DNA of 64,000 bases from Lepidodermella squamata (taxonomy: Eukaryota; Animalia; Gastrotricha): NCBI GenBank assembly GCA_047495785.1, contig JBLDXI010000042.1, forward strand, positions 3,472,001 through 3,536,000, given 5' to 3'. The notes under the pieces were generated by a model. That model was given only the letters and a program-made list of their open reading frames with translations. It was not told where the DNA came from and ran no database searches. The translations under genes and the position numbers were made by a program. Numbering within the stretch: the first letter of the stretch is position 1; each line of letters opens with the position of its first letter. Of this stretch, positions 1 to 11,079 are shown in pieces.

Positions 1-450
1 GTCGAGTTCGGCGCGCTAGGCTGTCATCCGAAAAACGAATTATTCGTCTTATTCGGCCATTATGAACGTTGCATGTCAGACACTGCCTGCAATCGCATCT
101 TGACTTACCCTGGATTATTTGAGGCTTTCCCAATTTCACTATTTTTTTGCTCATCCAGATGATGTCCGTTACTTGGTACTGGGTTACATGCGACTGTGAC
201 GATGACGGTGCTGATCACTTATTTATTCCGATGAGCTATTAATTATTTTAAATCTCGTGAACTCGTGAAATTTCAATACTTAGAATCAATAATTTTGAGC
301 AATAAAAATTGGCGGCGCCATTGGGAGCCGACATGCGCTTCGCTTTTAGTAGTGCCGACAGGCTGGCTTGTGAGGAAGTGATCCAATTGTTGTACTCGAT
401 CGATTCGCCGATTCCCTTCTCGAGGTAATATTAAGGCAGCCAGCGATCAC

Positions 451-650
451 TTCAATTTTCGCGTCCATGGTGAAATGCGCCACCCTCATTGAAGTTCTCG
501 AACCCGGCGATACATTCACGACAATGACAACGAGATGAACAACCGCCTGTATCACATGAGATCTAAACTCCATGATCGTCTCAACTTTGAAGGAGATTAT
601 GTATCAGTCTAATCCATTCGTGCATACTTACAAGTAAGCCGCCGAACTAC
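451..650 (+). mobile_element. Helitron Rep/helicase N-terminal remnant (stops, frameshift)
   Basis: Manual translation: FNFRVHGEMRH...YIHDNDNEMNNR (from 451), frameshift, then MIVSTLKEIMYQSNPFVHTYK*AAELL. Matches the Helitron frxhG.xyH / YiyDxxnE..nR / NPfv.xfk pattern. Confidence 0.7.
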
Positions 651-1239
651 TCAGCTCACCTGTCATGAGACCGCTACTGATGAGCTTGGTTTAAAGGTTC
701 AGCTGATTGCCCAATTTCGATCCACGAACGATCCTCTTTATATATTCATTACAAGCAGCGGGAACGTGGTAATCTTTTTAGAAGCTCCAAGCCGTGGCAA
801 GGGTCGTGCTAGCCTGAATTAACTGCCAACGTAGTTGACGCCCCTTGGCAGAGGTCAGTCAAAGTTGACTCACTCCGATAAATCACGACTGAAAAATTAG
901 TCATTCTTCTCGTCATCACAATATAAATACTTTGTTCATTCGATTGCCATCACAGCTTATTGCATGTCTCCTATTCTTTACACACACGAAGTAAACACTC
1001 TTCAATCTTTAATTGGTTCTTTCATGAACGTAGTTGCTAGCCCCTATGGTAATTCGGATGAAATGCTGCGATGCAAATTCCACCATCTTGTGAATTATGC
1101 CACTCAGGTTATCGACTACGGAAAGCAGCGATTTCATTCAAACTTTAAATTCACGAGGGCTCTGTGCTCTGTCACGCAATAAAAACTATATCTCTAACCA
1201 TAAAAACCCCGCTAAGCAGATCGCGGATGCTTGTCCACT

Positions 1240-1943
1240 ACTGGACAAAATGTTTTGCGCATGCCCATTTTTAGCGTTTTTACACCCTAGCACGTGTCTT
1301 GAATCCATCTGGTGTTGTTTTTTGTTTTTCTTTAACAAATGTTGTCAAAATGGCAGGAAATGGTCTTTATAAACAACTTTGATCATCCTGAAGCTTCATT
1401 CATATCAGTTTCTACGTTTATGAATGGTATTTACTGCCTTTCAAAGAGGTCAAATTATCGGCCTTTCCAAAGTTTCTAACCCTCGCCAAATCGCATTACA
1501 GCTCGGACTTTCAATCAGGACAGTTCAGCACTTCGTCAAAACATATCGCGAAACCGGTCAAACAGAGGCGAAGAAGTCTACGGGTCGGCCGAAGAAAATA
1601 ACGCCCCGAAAACAACGCCGAATCGCCCGTTCAGCTTCAGCTGATCGCCGGAAACCTTCGCCGGATTTGAGGTTCTGACGTTTATTTACTTGTTTATAAT
1701 TCTTTATTTACTTGACGTCGAGGAGTCAGAGTCAAGTTGATTTCGGCTGTAAATAAAGAATTATAAACGTCAGAACCTCAAATTAGGGTCAAATCAGCTC
1801 AGGATGATCAAAGTTGTTTATAAAGACCATTTCCTGCCATTTTGACAACATTTGTTAAAGAAAAACAACACCAGATGGATTCAAGACACTTGCTAGGGTG
1901 TAAAAACGCTAAAAATGGGCATGCGCAAAACATTTTGTCCAGT
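1240..1943 (+). mobile_element. Internally deleted Tc1/mariner element with ~150-bp TIRs and only the N-terminal HTH of the transposase
   Basis: 1240-1391 (actggacaaaatgttttgcgcatgccc...gatcatcctga) is the near-perfect reverse complement of 1799-1943, with one 7-bp indel. ORF 1424-1678 has a paired-like HTH and GRPKK, typical of Tc1 transposases; no DDE core. Confidence 0.9.
1666..1782. repeat. Nested fold-back (inverted repeat) inside the Tc1 element
   Basis: tttgaggttctgacgtttat (1666-1685) pairs with ataaacgtcagaacctcaaa (1763-1782); gtttataattctttatttac (1692-1711) pairs with gtaaataaagaattataaac (1749-1768). Confidence 0.85.
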
Positions 1944-2029
1944 TAATTTTTAAATCATGCACTTTTCATCATCACATCATCACATTTTGTTTTAAATCAT
2001 GCACTTTTTTACATTCTTTTGCGTATAAC

Positions 2030-2790
2030 ATGCTACGTACTTCTGCAATCAACCCGGAGTTATTTGCGCGAGCAACGAGCACTATTGCCAAGACTCGCAA
2101 TGCAGATGTGGCGAGTGGCGATCGCAATAGGCTCGCCGACTTGCGCAATTTCATTTCAGCAAAGCTGCCCGGTGAAACGAGACCGGTCGAAGAGTGGATT
2201 TTTGATCATCGACGTCTCGAGGGCGATAAATTCACCGTCCGCGATAGCTACATCGGGCAATACCAGGTGGTGGGACTGTCCCGAAAAACGGCTCTGCCAC
2301 CACCACGCATGGCAGCAGTTGGCGCGTTAATCGGCGTTGGCGAGCCTGACGACTTCGACTCTGCGACTCGTGCGACAGCTCTGACAATACAGATTCCAAT
2401 GATGAAGAAGAACCAATTGTGGCTACCGATTCGTCCAGTTCATGCAATGTGGTCAGCGAAGAACGAGAACGGCTGATGCTCAAGGTAGGCACACAGGTGA
2501 TATATTACCACTCATTGAAACGGGCACTTTTGGAATTGTCATCAAATGGCGTCAACATTACCGATAGCCGTGACTTTCCCTTCGCAACGTCGCACTTCAT
2601 TGCGATGCGAAAAGATGCCAAGCAAGGTAATGAGTCGCATTCCAATTAGCTGATTTTTTTGGCTGATTTTCTCAACTTCAGTGTTACAATTCACACTGGT
2701 CTGTAGAAGGAAGTTTTTGATGCCCTTGAGAACGAAATTGCCATTTTTTTAGATGGAAATCCCCTTTCAAATGCGGGCGAGTTAAGTCCA
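2030..2790 (+). mobile_element. Probable decayed transposon coding fragment (possibly CACTA/EnSpm-like)
   Basis: Overlapping GC-richer ORFs 2030-2476 and 2419-2649; downstream FLDGNPLSNAGELSP weakly resembles the DG.p....s.wP motif of CACTA-like transposases. Confidence 0.3.
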
Positions 2791-3074
2791 TGTTGCTCGA
2801 GGATTAACTTTCATTTACCATAGTTAAGTTGACATTTTTTTTCATTTTCACCAAATTTAAAACAGAACGCGGTACATGCTAATGCTCTGTAACCAGGCGT
2901 TAGTTTTTTTCGACAAAACAGCATCCTGGCGTTACATAGATATTTAGAATGTTTAGGCGTTACTATATCCATCACTATTCGCCTTCGTAAATCGTTATGC
3001 GTAGGATTATCTGCAGTATGCTAAACACCAGGCTACCCAACCAATAAGCGGTGGCGAATGAAATGTAAAAATAC

Positions 3075-3364
3075 CTTGTCAATTCGGGTTAGCACATCGC
3101 ATATCACATTTTGCATTGCAGGAGCGCTGCATGCCTAGAAAGAGTCGAAACCTTACAATACCATATTACCATTTTCCACAGTGAATTTACCTTGGATAAT
3201 ATAACTCGAACGCTGCTATCGAATTCAGCTTGTGATTTACACCCGTCAAGAGCAGACTTGAGAAGCTCAACTGCAGCGTCGATATCAGCCGAGGTCCAAC
3301 TCGGCTGAATTGACTCGACGACAATTCCGATATTTCGCATAGGACAGTCCATAAAAATAAACAT
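3075..3364 (-). CDS. Exons 1-2 of MIF4G-like repeat family paralog Z; the rest probably lies beyond a ~3-kb intron, mostly outside the window
   Basis: Exon 1 3364-3191 (..VESIQPSWTSADIDAAVELLKSALDGCKSQAEFDSSVRVILSK), 56-bp GT-AG intron, 60-bp exon 2 3134-3075 (ACSAPAMQNVICDVLTRIDK), donor at 3074. Same exon structure as paralogs A-D. Confidence 0.75.
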
Positions 3365-3680
3365 TCTAAAAACTTTGAAAAATAGATTAGAGCCAAAACT
3401 TATAAAAAGAACAGGAGAACAGGAACAAAAAATTGAGAAATTCAGAGATTGATTCGCGATCCGAATTCTTTCAGCTATTCCTCAAATTGACGCTGAATGA
3501 GCCGATTAAGTTTCCAATTCATCATAAAGGTGCATGATTTCATGCTTTATTCACTTTGTTGCACAATTTCAAGCTGAGTAAATCGCTGTCCTAAATAAAA
3601 ATATCACGAAACAGCCCTAAAATTTGAAATAAGTCATCAGATCTTGCAACAATGTTTCGGGCTGAAAATGTTTAGAAATC

Positions 3681-6600
3681 TCAACGAAATAAAGCTCTTT
3701 TAGCAAGTCCTTCAGTATGATCGGACTCGAGCTGTCTCTTACTACGAGATTCTTGGCGCTCAACCGGCTCTGATTTGCAGCAAGTAAAGGCCTCTTCGGC
3801 CTCTTCAATCGAATCTGGAACTGGGGTTTCAGAGTTCGCAAGGGGTAACACGTATTTTCCTAATTCGGCGAGAAGAGTTTCAAACAATTTCTGGACCATG
3901 ACGTCATCGCTCTTCGATGTGACGAATTCGTGAATGCCGTCGAAAATACTCTGTTTCGATTCATTTCCGGTAGATTTCAGATCTCGAAATTTCGATTTCA
4001 GCAATCTTGCCGCTTCTTCTTCTTCACTGATGGGACTCCAGTTGTTCTACATTTTAAAATTCATGGTATAAACAGAATCACATAAAAAGCTGAAACTAAC
4101 ATCTCTCAGATCCAAGATTTCAGCAGCTGTACTTCTGAGATTTTCCGACAGGCTTGCGCATTGAGAAATGTCTTGAATTTTTTCGATCAATCCTCGGTAA
4201 AGGTTACTCATGTCAGGAGTAGAACTTTCCGAACAAATCTCAGATCCACTTTCTTCGAAACAGCTAGCAACTTCTTTCAAAACCGACTCGTTTCTCAGGT
4301 CCACCATGGCATTTAGCAGGGAAATGAGGTAGGCAATCGGAACAAGATTTGCACGGAATAGCTCGTAAACTAAGCGAAGGCTGAGATGCATCTTGATTTT
4401 ATTCAACTTCTTTGCCTTTTCGGTGTTTTGCCTGGTCTAAAATTCGGATTATTGAGACATAATATAAAAAAAAACAAAGAATTACCAATTCATCAGGAAC
4501 TTCCATCACAGACATGGATGTCCGAAAATGAGAAGGCGAAAACCATTTCAGAATCAACTCTTGAACCTCACTAAGGACTGTTTTCCCGCAATTACTAGTA
4601 GTATTACCTATTGCGGTGAAAAGCTTGACAGCTATAGGTATAGCAGCTCTTTCGAATATTTGGTCAAGAAGCTGAGAAATTTTAGAGCTGAACTCCTCAG
4701 GTGGAAGTAGGCGCAGTTTTTGCTTCCAGGAATCGTTTGTAGGTTGATTATCACCCCTAAAATATGACGTAGTTGAGATAGACTCCAAGCGTTGAGCCCC
4801 ATTAGTAGCCTATGAGATAAAAAGAGCAGCAATACAAATTGATCGTCAAATTATTGCCAATATTACCAAAGATTGTAGATTCTCTGTAATTTTAGATGCA
4901 GTAGAAGTTAGACTTTCCGAATTTCCAGAGCCAGATTCTTCATCGCTGCTAACTATCAGGCAGGCAGAATCTTCTTTTTCTCGACGATTCGCTAGCATTG
5001 GCTTAAACTCTGGTTCGGGAAGAACGATTTCAGGCAGTAACTTAAGGCTAATCAGACATTTTCGAAAACACGATTCGATTCGGTTACTTGAAGCCCAACT
5101 AAGCACAGCAGATCGGAAGCATGCGGATAGACGAGGACATACAAAAATGACCTCCTAAATTAGGAAAAATAATATAATGAAAATTTTCCCATAGTAAAAT
5201 TTACCCTATTCAATTTTTCCAAAAATTTGGTGAAAATATCAGGAAAAGTTGTCGTATGGCAAGATTGTTGAATTGACGTCATCATCGTTGAAATTGCTGC
5301 GTCGAATTCTTTCGAGTACGCAAGATTGCAAATAATTCGCTTGACGGCCGACACAGTCTCTTCAAGCTGGCTAATTTCAGTTTCAAGCCGCGAAATTAGC
5401 CGAGAAATTTCGGCGACTGGATCTCCGCCAAGACTCGTGTCAATGTAACGTTTTGGCTCCTTGTTAATTTCCGCCGCTTCATCAAGCTTGGACGAAGATT
5501 CATTTGTTACGGCAGAACATCCTCGCGAAAATGTCTGTGGAAGATACGTTTTTCTTGAAATAAACGGCAATTTGAAAAAACGATATACCTTATCGTTGGA
5601 GCAATTTGAAATCATGACTCGTTTTTCGTTTTCGCTCAGATCTGATCGCTTAATTTGGTCAACCATGCATCTAGAATATGCCCTGACAATTTTCAGAGTT
5701 GTCGCATCGAACTCCCATTTCGATTTCGCCAATTCGCTATAACTTTGTAAAATGACATTTAGGGCCTGGAATTTGAAGGGGTTGGGTTTTTGAGAGCCGA
5801 AAACGGCTGGAAGATAGCCAAAATCCAAAATACCAGTCGTACATAAGACGATGTTGAATCTATTAAAAAATTTCAAAAACACAAATTCCCAGGAATATTT
5901 TTGTTACCTAGCGATTTCAACGCACTCAGACTCGTCTTTGCTGAGCGAAAAGCGTCTCACTATCCAATGTTTCGCACAATCCGGGAAATCTTTCAATACC
6001 TAAAAAATCAAACTTGCGGAATGAACATTTGCTCGCAACTGCTTACTTCCAACAATTTCGACAACAGCAACTGAGACGTGGGGGAAGAGTGCTGCGATAT
6101 TTCGTCCAAAATTACGCCAACTTGACTGTACAACTTGACACTGGTTATTCTTGCCGCCATCACAAGAGGTAGAAGCAGATTAAAATTTTCTGGAAAGTTT
6201 TCAACAGAATCAGTTAGAAGTTGAATGACTACTCGTCGTGTTTCGGTAGTATCAACGCTGCTGAATGCGTTTCCATCAAATGAGGCTGAAATTGGATATT
6301 TTATAAGTAAATTGAAATTTCGGCTTATAGAGGGATACTACCATTTCTCAACGCGATACGGGCTTCTTGATACGAATGAATTTCGTTCAATAATTCAGTA
6401 ATATTAGGGTCAGTTTGCAATTCCCTCACGAAAATATTCAAACGTTTAGCGTTTGCATGCCATCTGTTTAGATGTTTCCTTTCCTCATCTTTCGTCATTG
6501 CTCCCAAATCGAGTTGATCGACAAAACGTAGCAACTCCAGCAAATAGGGTATGACCGACGAATTTTTCTTGCGCTTCGCCAACTTTTCAAATAGACCGGA

Positions 6601-7179
6601 AAAAATCGCGATGTCAAGCAGCTTCCGATCAACCAAAATGTTGAGAAACCTTCAAGTTTATCAACCTTCTTTTGAAGCAAATATACAATCCTATGAAAAA
6701 CTCACTCCAAGCGCTGCGATAAATGAACACTATCGATTGGAATTTTTGCTGCGAGATTGCGCAAGATGTTTTTGAGGCAGTAACATCTCTCAATCGACTT
6801 TGAACGAATCTTAACGACAGGCTGTACCTAGAAAATGAAAGGGAAGAGCAAGAAGATTCAAAGCATTTTCAAGATTCAAGATACATTTTCAATAAATCAA
6901 GCTTACCTTGCTGATTATGCACAGTAAATCGCATATCAGGTTCTGGGTTTCCAAACAAGTATATCCCTTGAAATAGAAACAAATTGGATATTCGATAAAA
7001 AAAATCGAGATAATTTCTACCTCATTTAATATTATGCCGATTGATTTCTCGATCTCACCCATCGATACGCAGTTTACTAGGATTGACATAACATTCGAGG
7101 CTAAATCGTTGATTCCGTCCTCACACAAATCCGGTTTAATCGACTTCATGAGTGCGTTGATTTTCCGTTCAACATGCAT
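3681..7179 (-). CDS. Multi-exon tandem MIF4G-like helical-repeat protein, paralog A
   Basis: ATG 7179 (MHVERK), short introns (54 bp at 7020-6967, 79 bp at 6906-6828). Last module LVYELFRANLVPIAYLISLLNAM...AAEILDLRD|NNWSP mirrors the eIF4G MIF4G C-half (FIGELF..ML...DVLDLR.SNWVP). Basic tail ...SKR...LAKRALFR*. Confidence 0.8.
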
Positions 7180-8082
7180 GGTAATACAGATCAATACTAT
7201 TTCAAGTAAACTACAAACAATAAAACAGCCCAGTAGAAAACCGGAAAAGTGAATTTTACAAAATCGAATCATTGAAATAAGGAAAAATTTGTTTTTTCGA
7301 AGTTCGTCCCGTTCACATTTTAACATTTGTCAATAGCTTCAATTGCGATTTCTCCAGGATTTTCGGAATGGAATGATGGCATTCGTCACTTCAATAATCG
7401 TCGGCATGCCGTCCGAACTCCCAAGACACGATCTTTGCCGTACATTTTGTGAGCTGTCGATCCATCTGGGATGATTATTAATCGAAGGCTACGAAAAGGA
7501 AAAAAGAGCTTTTAAAAGCAAATCTTAGTTTTCTAGAAAACTGTCCTGCCTCCCCAGCCCGGTGGCATGAACAAGTTGTACGCTATTACCAAATTAAGTA
7601 ACTTAAAAATAATGAAGGGCTGTTTTGTATTTTGTCTACTCCTTGCCCCTTTTAAAGGCAAATTATCGAAACATGTAATGCGCACTGGCACGCGATCAAC
7701 AGTCATTCAGGCATTATCGAAGCACCACGATCGCGTGCCAGGCCCGCATTTCGACCCTTTATACCCACAATGTCTGCCATGCTGCAAGCTGCAGCACCGA
7801 CCTTCCCGACCTTTCCGCAGGTAAACTGGGCAGCTCAATCCCAGCCGACGGCGGCAGCAGCCCAGTCGGTGGCTCTGGAAAACATTAAAAAGCTCTTCGA
7901 GTCTATACACGAAAAAATCAATCAGTTGATGGCCAAAGACTAAGCTGCTGGCTGCTGGCTGGCCAAAGTTTGTGATTAGAAGTGAAGAGAGGTGATAACA
8001 AAAATAAACAAGTGTCTTGATGATTTCCTCATCTTGTTGTTGATTTTCCCATTTCCTCGTCGACCTCGGCTGCCTCTATTTT

Positions 8083-8697
8083 GCTGTTGGAGATAATGTT
8101 CAAGTCTTCGCTACAGAGACAACTTTTACGCCGTTACTCTACATGCATTTGCGCTCCCAACATACCGACGCAAAAGAGTTCATTGTTATTAACGTTTCGC
8201 CTGGCACTTCTGATCTGGCCTGGCGTTTTATGGAAATTTGTGCCAGCGTATACAACATTCGTGATTTTTGCGTCGTCGGCGACTCTTTGAAATAATTACT
8301 GGGTCGAGCCGTGAAATTGTTCCAGGTCTATATGCCAAGGTGTTAATGCCTGTTGTCGTAGACAGGAAGTACGACATCAGTGATTGGCAGAGGTCTACAT
8401 GATGAATACAAACATTTGATGAATACGCCGTCGGCCAATAACTTGCGCATCTGCGCCTTCTTGCTAGCAATGTCCGAGCGTAAGGAGTGTAACATTGAAC
8501 ATGTGCGAAATCTAGCCGAGCTTCCGGCACATATATTGAAAGTTGCCTGCGACTATGCATCTTATGTGGAGCTTATTACTTCTGACACTATCAAGTTCTT
8601 GTCTGGGAAAGATGTCTCCTTTGACGATGAGGACATGAAGGGTGCATACAGTGACCTATTGAAACTGTTGAAATCAGGCGTTCGCCGAGTGCAGTGA
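8083..8697 (+). pseudogene. Decayed BTB/POZ(-BACK)-like gene fragment
   Basis: Frame from 8083: VGDNVQVFATETTFTPLLYMHLRSQHTDAKEFIVINVSPGTSDLAWRFMEI...LK*LLGRAVKLFQVYMPRC. BTB-like spacing by eye; in-frame stops. Confidence 0.35.
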
Positions 8698-9599
8698 TTT
8701 TAAAAATTGTGTTTTCTCCCATGTATTAAGTGGTGATTGTTATTCCAATATGATATGAAGGATTATCCGAATAAGCCAATAATGACGGTGTTTAATACTG
8801 GTTTAATAATACTGAACTGTTACCTTGTTTCCTCATTAGAGTTGGTTTAATTTTTATGTTAAAATGTCGAAAGAATCGTCGGACATTGATGTGGTCGAAA
8901 ATGAAGATGCTTCCTCCAAGCCATATAATAAGGAGACACCCGTTCTACAACAGAGAATGGGAAATGTCAAACTGAACAAAGACAAAGGTGCGTTCTATAA
9001 TGACAGCGGTAACAGAGTATTAATTAAATGTATATTTCCCACATGCAGATATCGATCGGATACCAGTTCACTGTATATTTTGCGACAAGATTACGACGAA
9101 GAAATACGACGCTTCCACTGTTGCGGCCTCGTCGACGTGGAAACAGAACGTGAGAAGATTCAGTTTCTTGTAGGCAGACGTTGACTTTCAACGAGATTGT
9201 TGAGGCAAGGTCCAAGTTCAGATTCACGGACAGCTTCGTTGTAATCAGGGTAATTACCCAGGAAGACGCTGAGCGCGACGAAAAGCCGTTCAAGCGAATC
9301 AATCGCCTTAATTTCGGCCAAATGTTCAACCAGGCGAGCAATACTGGGCCATGGATTCAAATGAATCAACGTATGAAGACCATATCCGCTACTCGGCTTC
9401 AGGCTGTTCATTTTTCGCAACCAAGGTGGAAATACGGGACATCAAATCACAGAGCAATTGACAAATTGGCGACTATAATAACGGTCCGTCAAAATGAAGA
9501 GCGAAACATCCGAGGTAGCGTGATTCAAAAACATTTCCGCGAATTCGAAAGAATCAGAAAAAGTTGAACTGCCAAAACACTTCAAGACCTCTAAGGACC

Positions 9600-9890
9600 G
9601 GTATGTGAGTGGCAAAGCGCTTTGCTTGACTATCTCGATGTTGTTCAATACAATTTGAGTGAAATTCGCAAGAGGAAGCATGACTGTGTCGTTCATGGCG
9701 GCGGCCGCAACAAAAATTGGTAATATTGATACTACATGCATGGGTGTTAGATAACCCACGAGACCAAGCTCACAAAGTTGCCGTCAAAACATGGAGTTAA
9801 ATTGTTACCACCTTACTCGCCTCAGCTGAATCCCATAGAAACCATCTTTTCTGTCGTTAAGGCCGAAATAAAAAAGCAACTCGCCCGACA
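9600..9890 (+). mobile_element. IS630/Tc1-type DDE transposase catalytic remnant
   Basis: VLDN near 9746 and HGVKLLPPYSPQLNPIETIFSVVKAEIKK from 9790 (LPPYSPxLNPIE signature). Confidence 0.85.
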
Positions 9891-11079
9891 GCGAGCCGAC
9901 TACGGCAACCTCCGCCGCCGATACTGCAGCTTACGTAGCTGAAACGCGCAGCGACCCGCCCGCCTAGCCCACTACGTTCGACCAGTCAAGATTGAAAAAA
10001 GCGAATTTTGAGATGATAGCCGACTTGGCACTGCTACGACTTCTACGACCGATGCTTACGATTTTGCTCTAGTCAATCACGCGAAGTGGAAGAATTTAGC
10101 CGCCATACTACAAGAATTTACGACTCGACTGAAAATAGCATTAAAATTTCGAAATGATTGTACAATGAAACGTCAATTGATGAATCGCAAACTGTTAGCA
10201 GCCAATGACGAAACTATTGGAAGAGGATCGAAACGTTTCTAAGGCTGATGTTCGTCGAGGATTCGTCAGCGGTATCGCTGTTTCTATGACGGGATGTTGG
10301 TTCTATGACAGCCGATTTCAGTCTAATATTTTCTATTTAGTGATTCGTCTCTACGTGATAAAAGATTGTTATTAATGCCAATTAATCGGTCGCCGCTACA
10401 TCTTCCGTTCTTCGAAAAATGCCACCCACAACCACCCAACCAAAAAAATTGAAACTGAAATTGAACTTTCAATAATTGATTTTTGGGATGAATTTAGTTA
10501 TGATAGCTCACGAAAACAACCGAGTTAAATTACCTTGTGGACTTGAGATAGAAAATAGTTGACAAGGTTTCGAATCTTCGGGTTAGAAAATTCTAATAAC
10601 ATGGTCAGTGCGAAACAAGCTGAATGATTATTACCTCACATTTTCACATTTTGTCGAATTCTACTATCGATCCACATTCCAGAAGAGCCTTGAAGGTCGC
10701 GACCGAAGAACGTTTGTTTTGATTGTGCGTCTCATGAAGAAAGACTGGAATAGTTTTGGAATTTCACGGCACTATACTTCAAGCTACCATTAAACGTTCT
10801 AAAAATGACGTAGAAAAATATTCAAGTAAACCTTTCTCAGTTTGAAAATGGCTTTTACCGACTGATTCGAAGATACAGCTCCTTTGGCGGGTAGACGCAA
10901 GCTCAAAGACAAGAAAATTGAACTGGTCTGCTAGTTCTGCAGGAAACAATAATGCTGACAAATATCTCTAAGCTGTTTGGTACAAAACCTTAAAATTCAA
11001 GATAAACACCCTAAAATTCGTAATAAGCCTTCAACAACATTCTGATTCGCACGCGATTCGTGCTGAGATTATCACAATT

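Larger units (their letters stand above)
7290..10790 (-). pseudogene. Decayed paralog of the MIF4G-like family
   Basis: Acceptor at 10800-10799, then ATG GTA GCT TGA. Degenerate exon 1 (VATFKALLECGSIVEFDK/NVKM vs paralog B AATLKSALEKCGTIAEFDNNVKM), exon 2 10592-10534 (FSNPKIRNLVNYFLSQVHK), donor 10533, acceptor 7490-7489, exon-3-like ..CRRLLK|gt, and a terminal remnant (EAIDKC/KCERDELRK). Confidence 0.65.

Noticed and set aside
103-110. Strong minus-strand donor (gtaagt) near the window start
   Set aside because: Only 22-26 bp from the candidate acceptors, too short for this genome's introns; it adds uncertainty to the Z exon-3 call.
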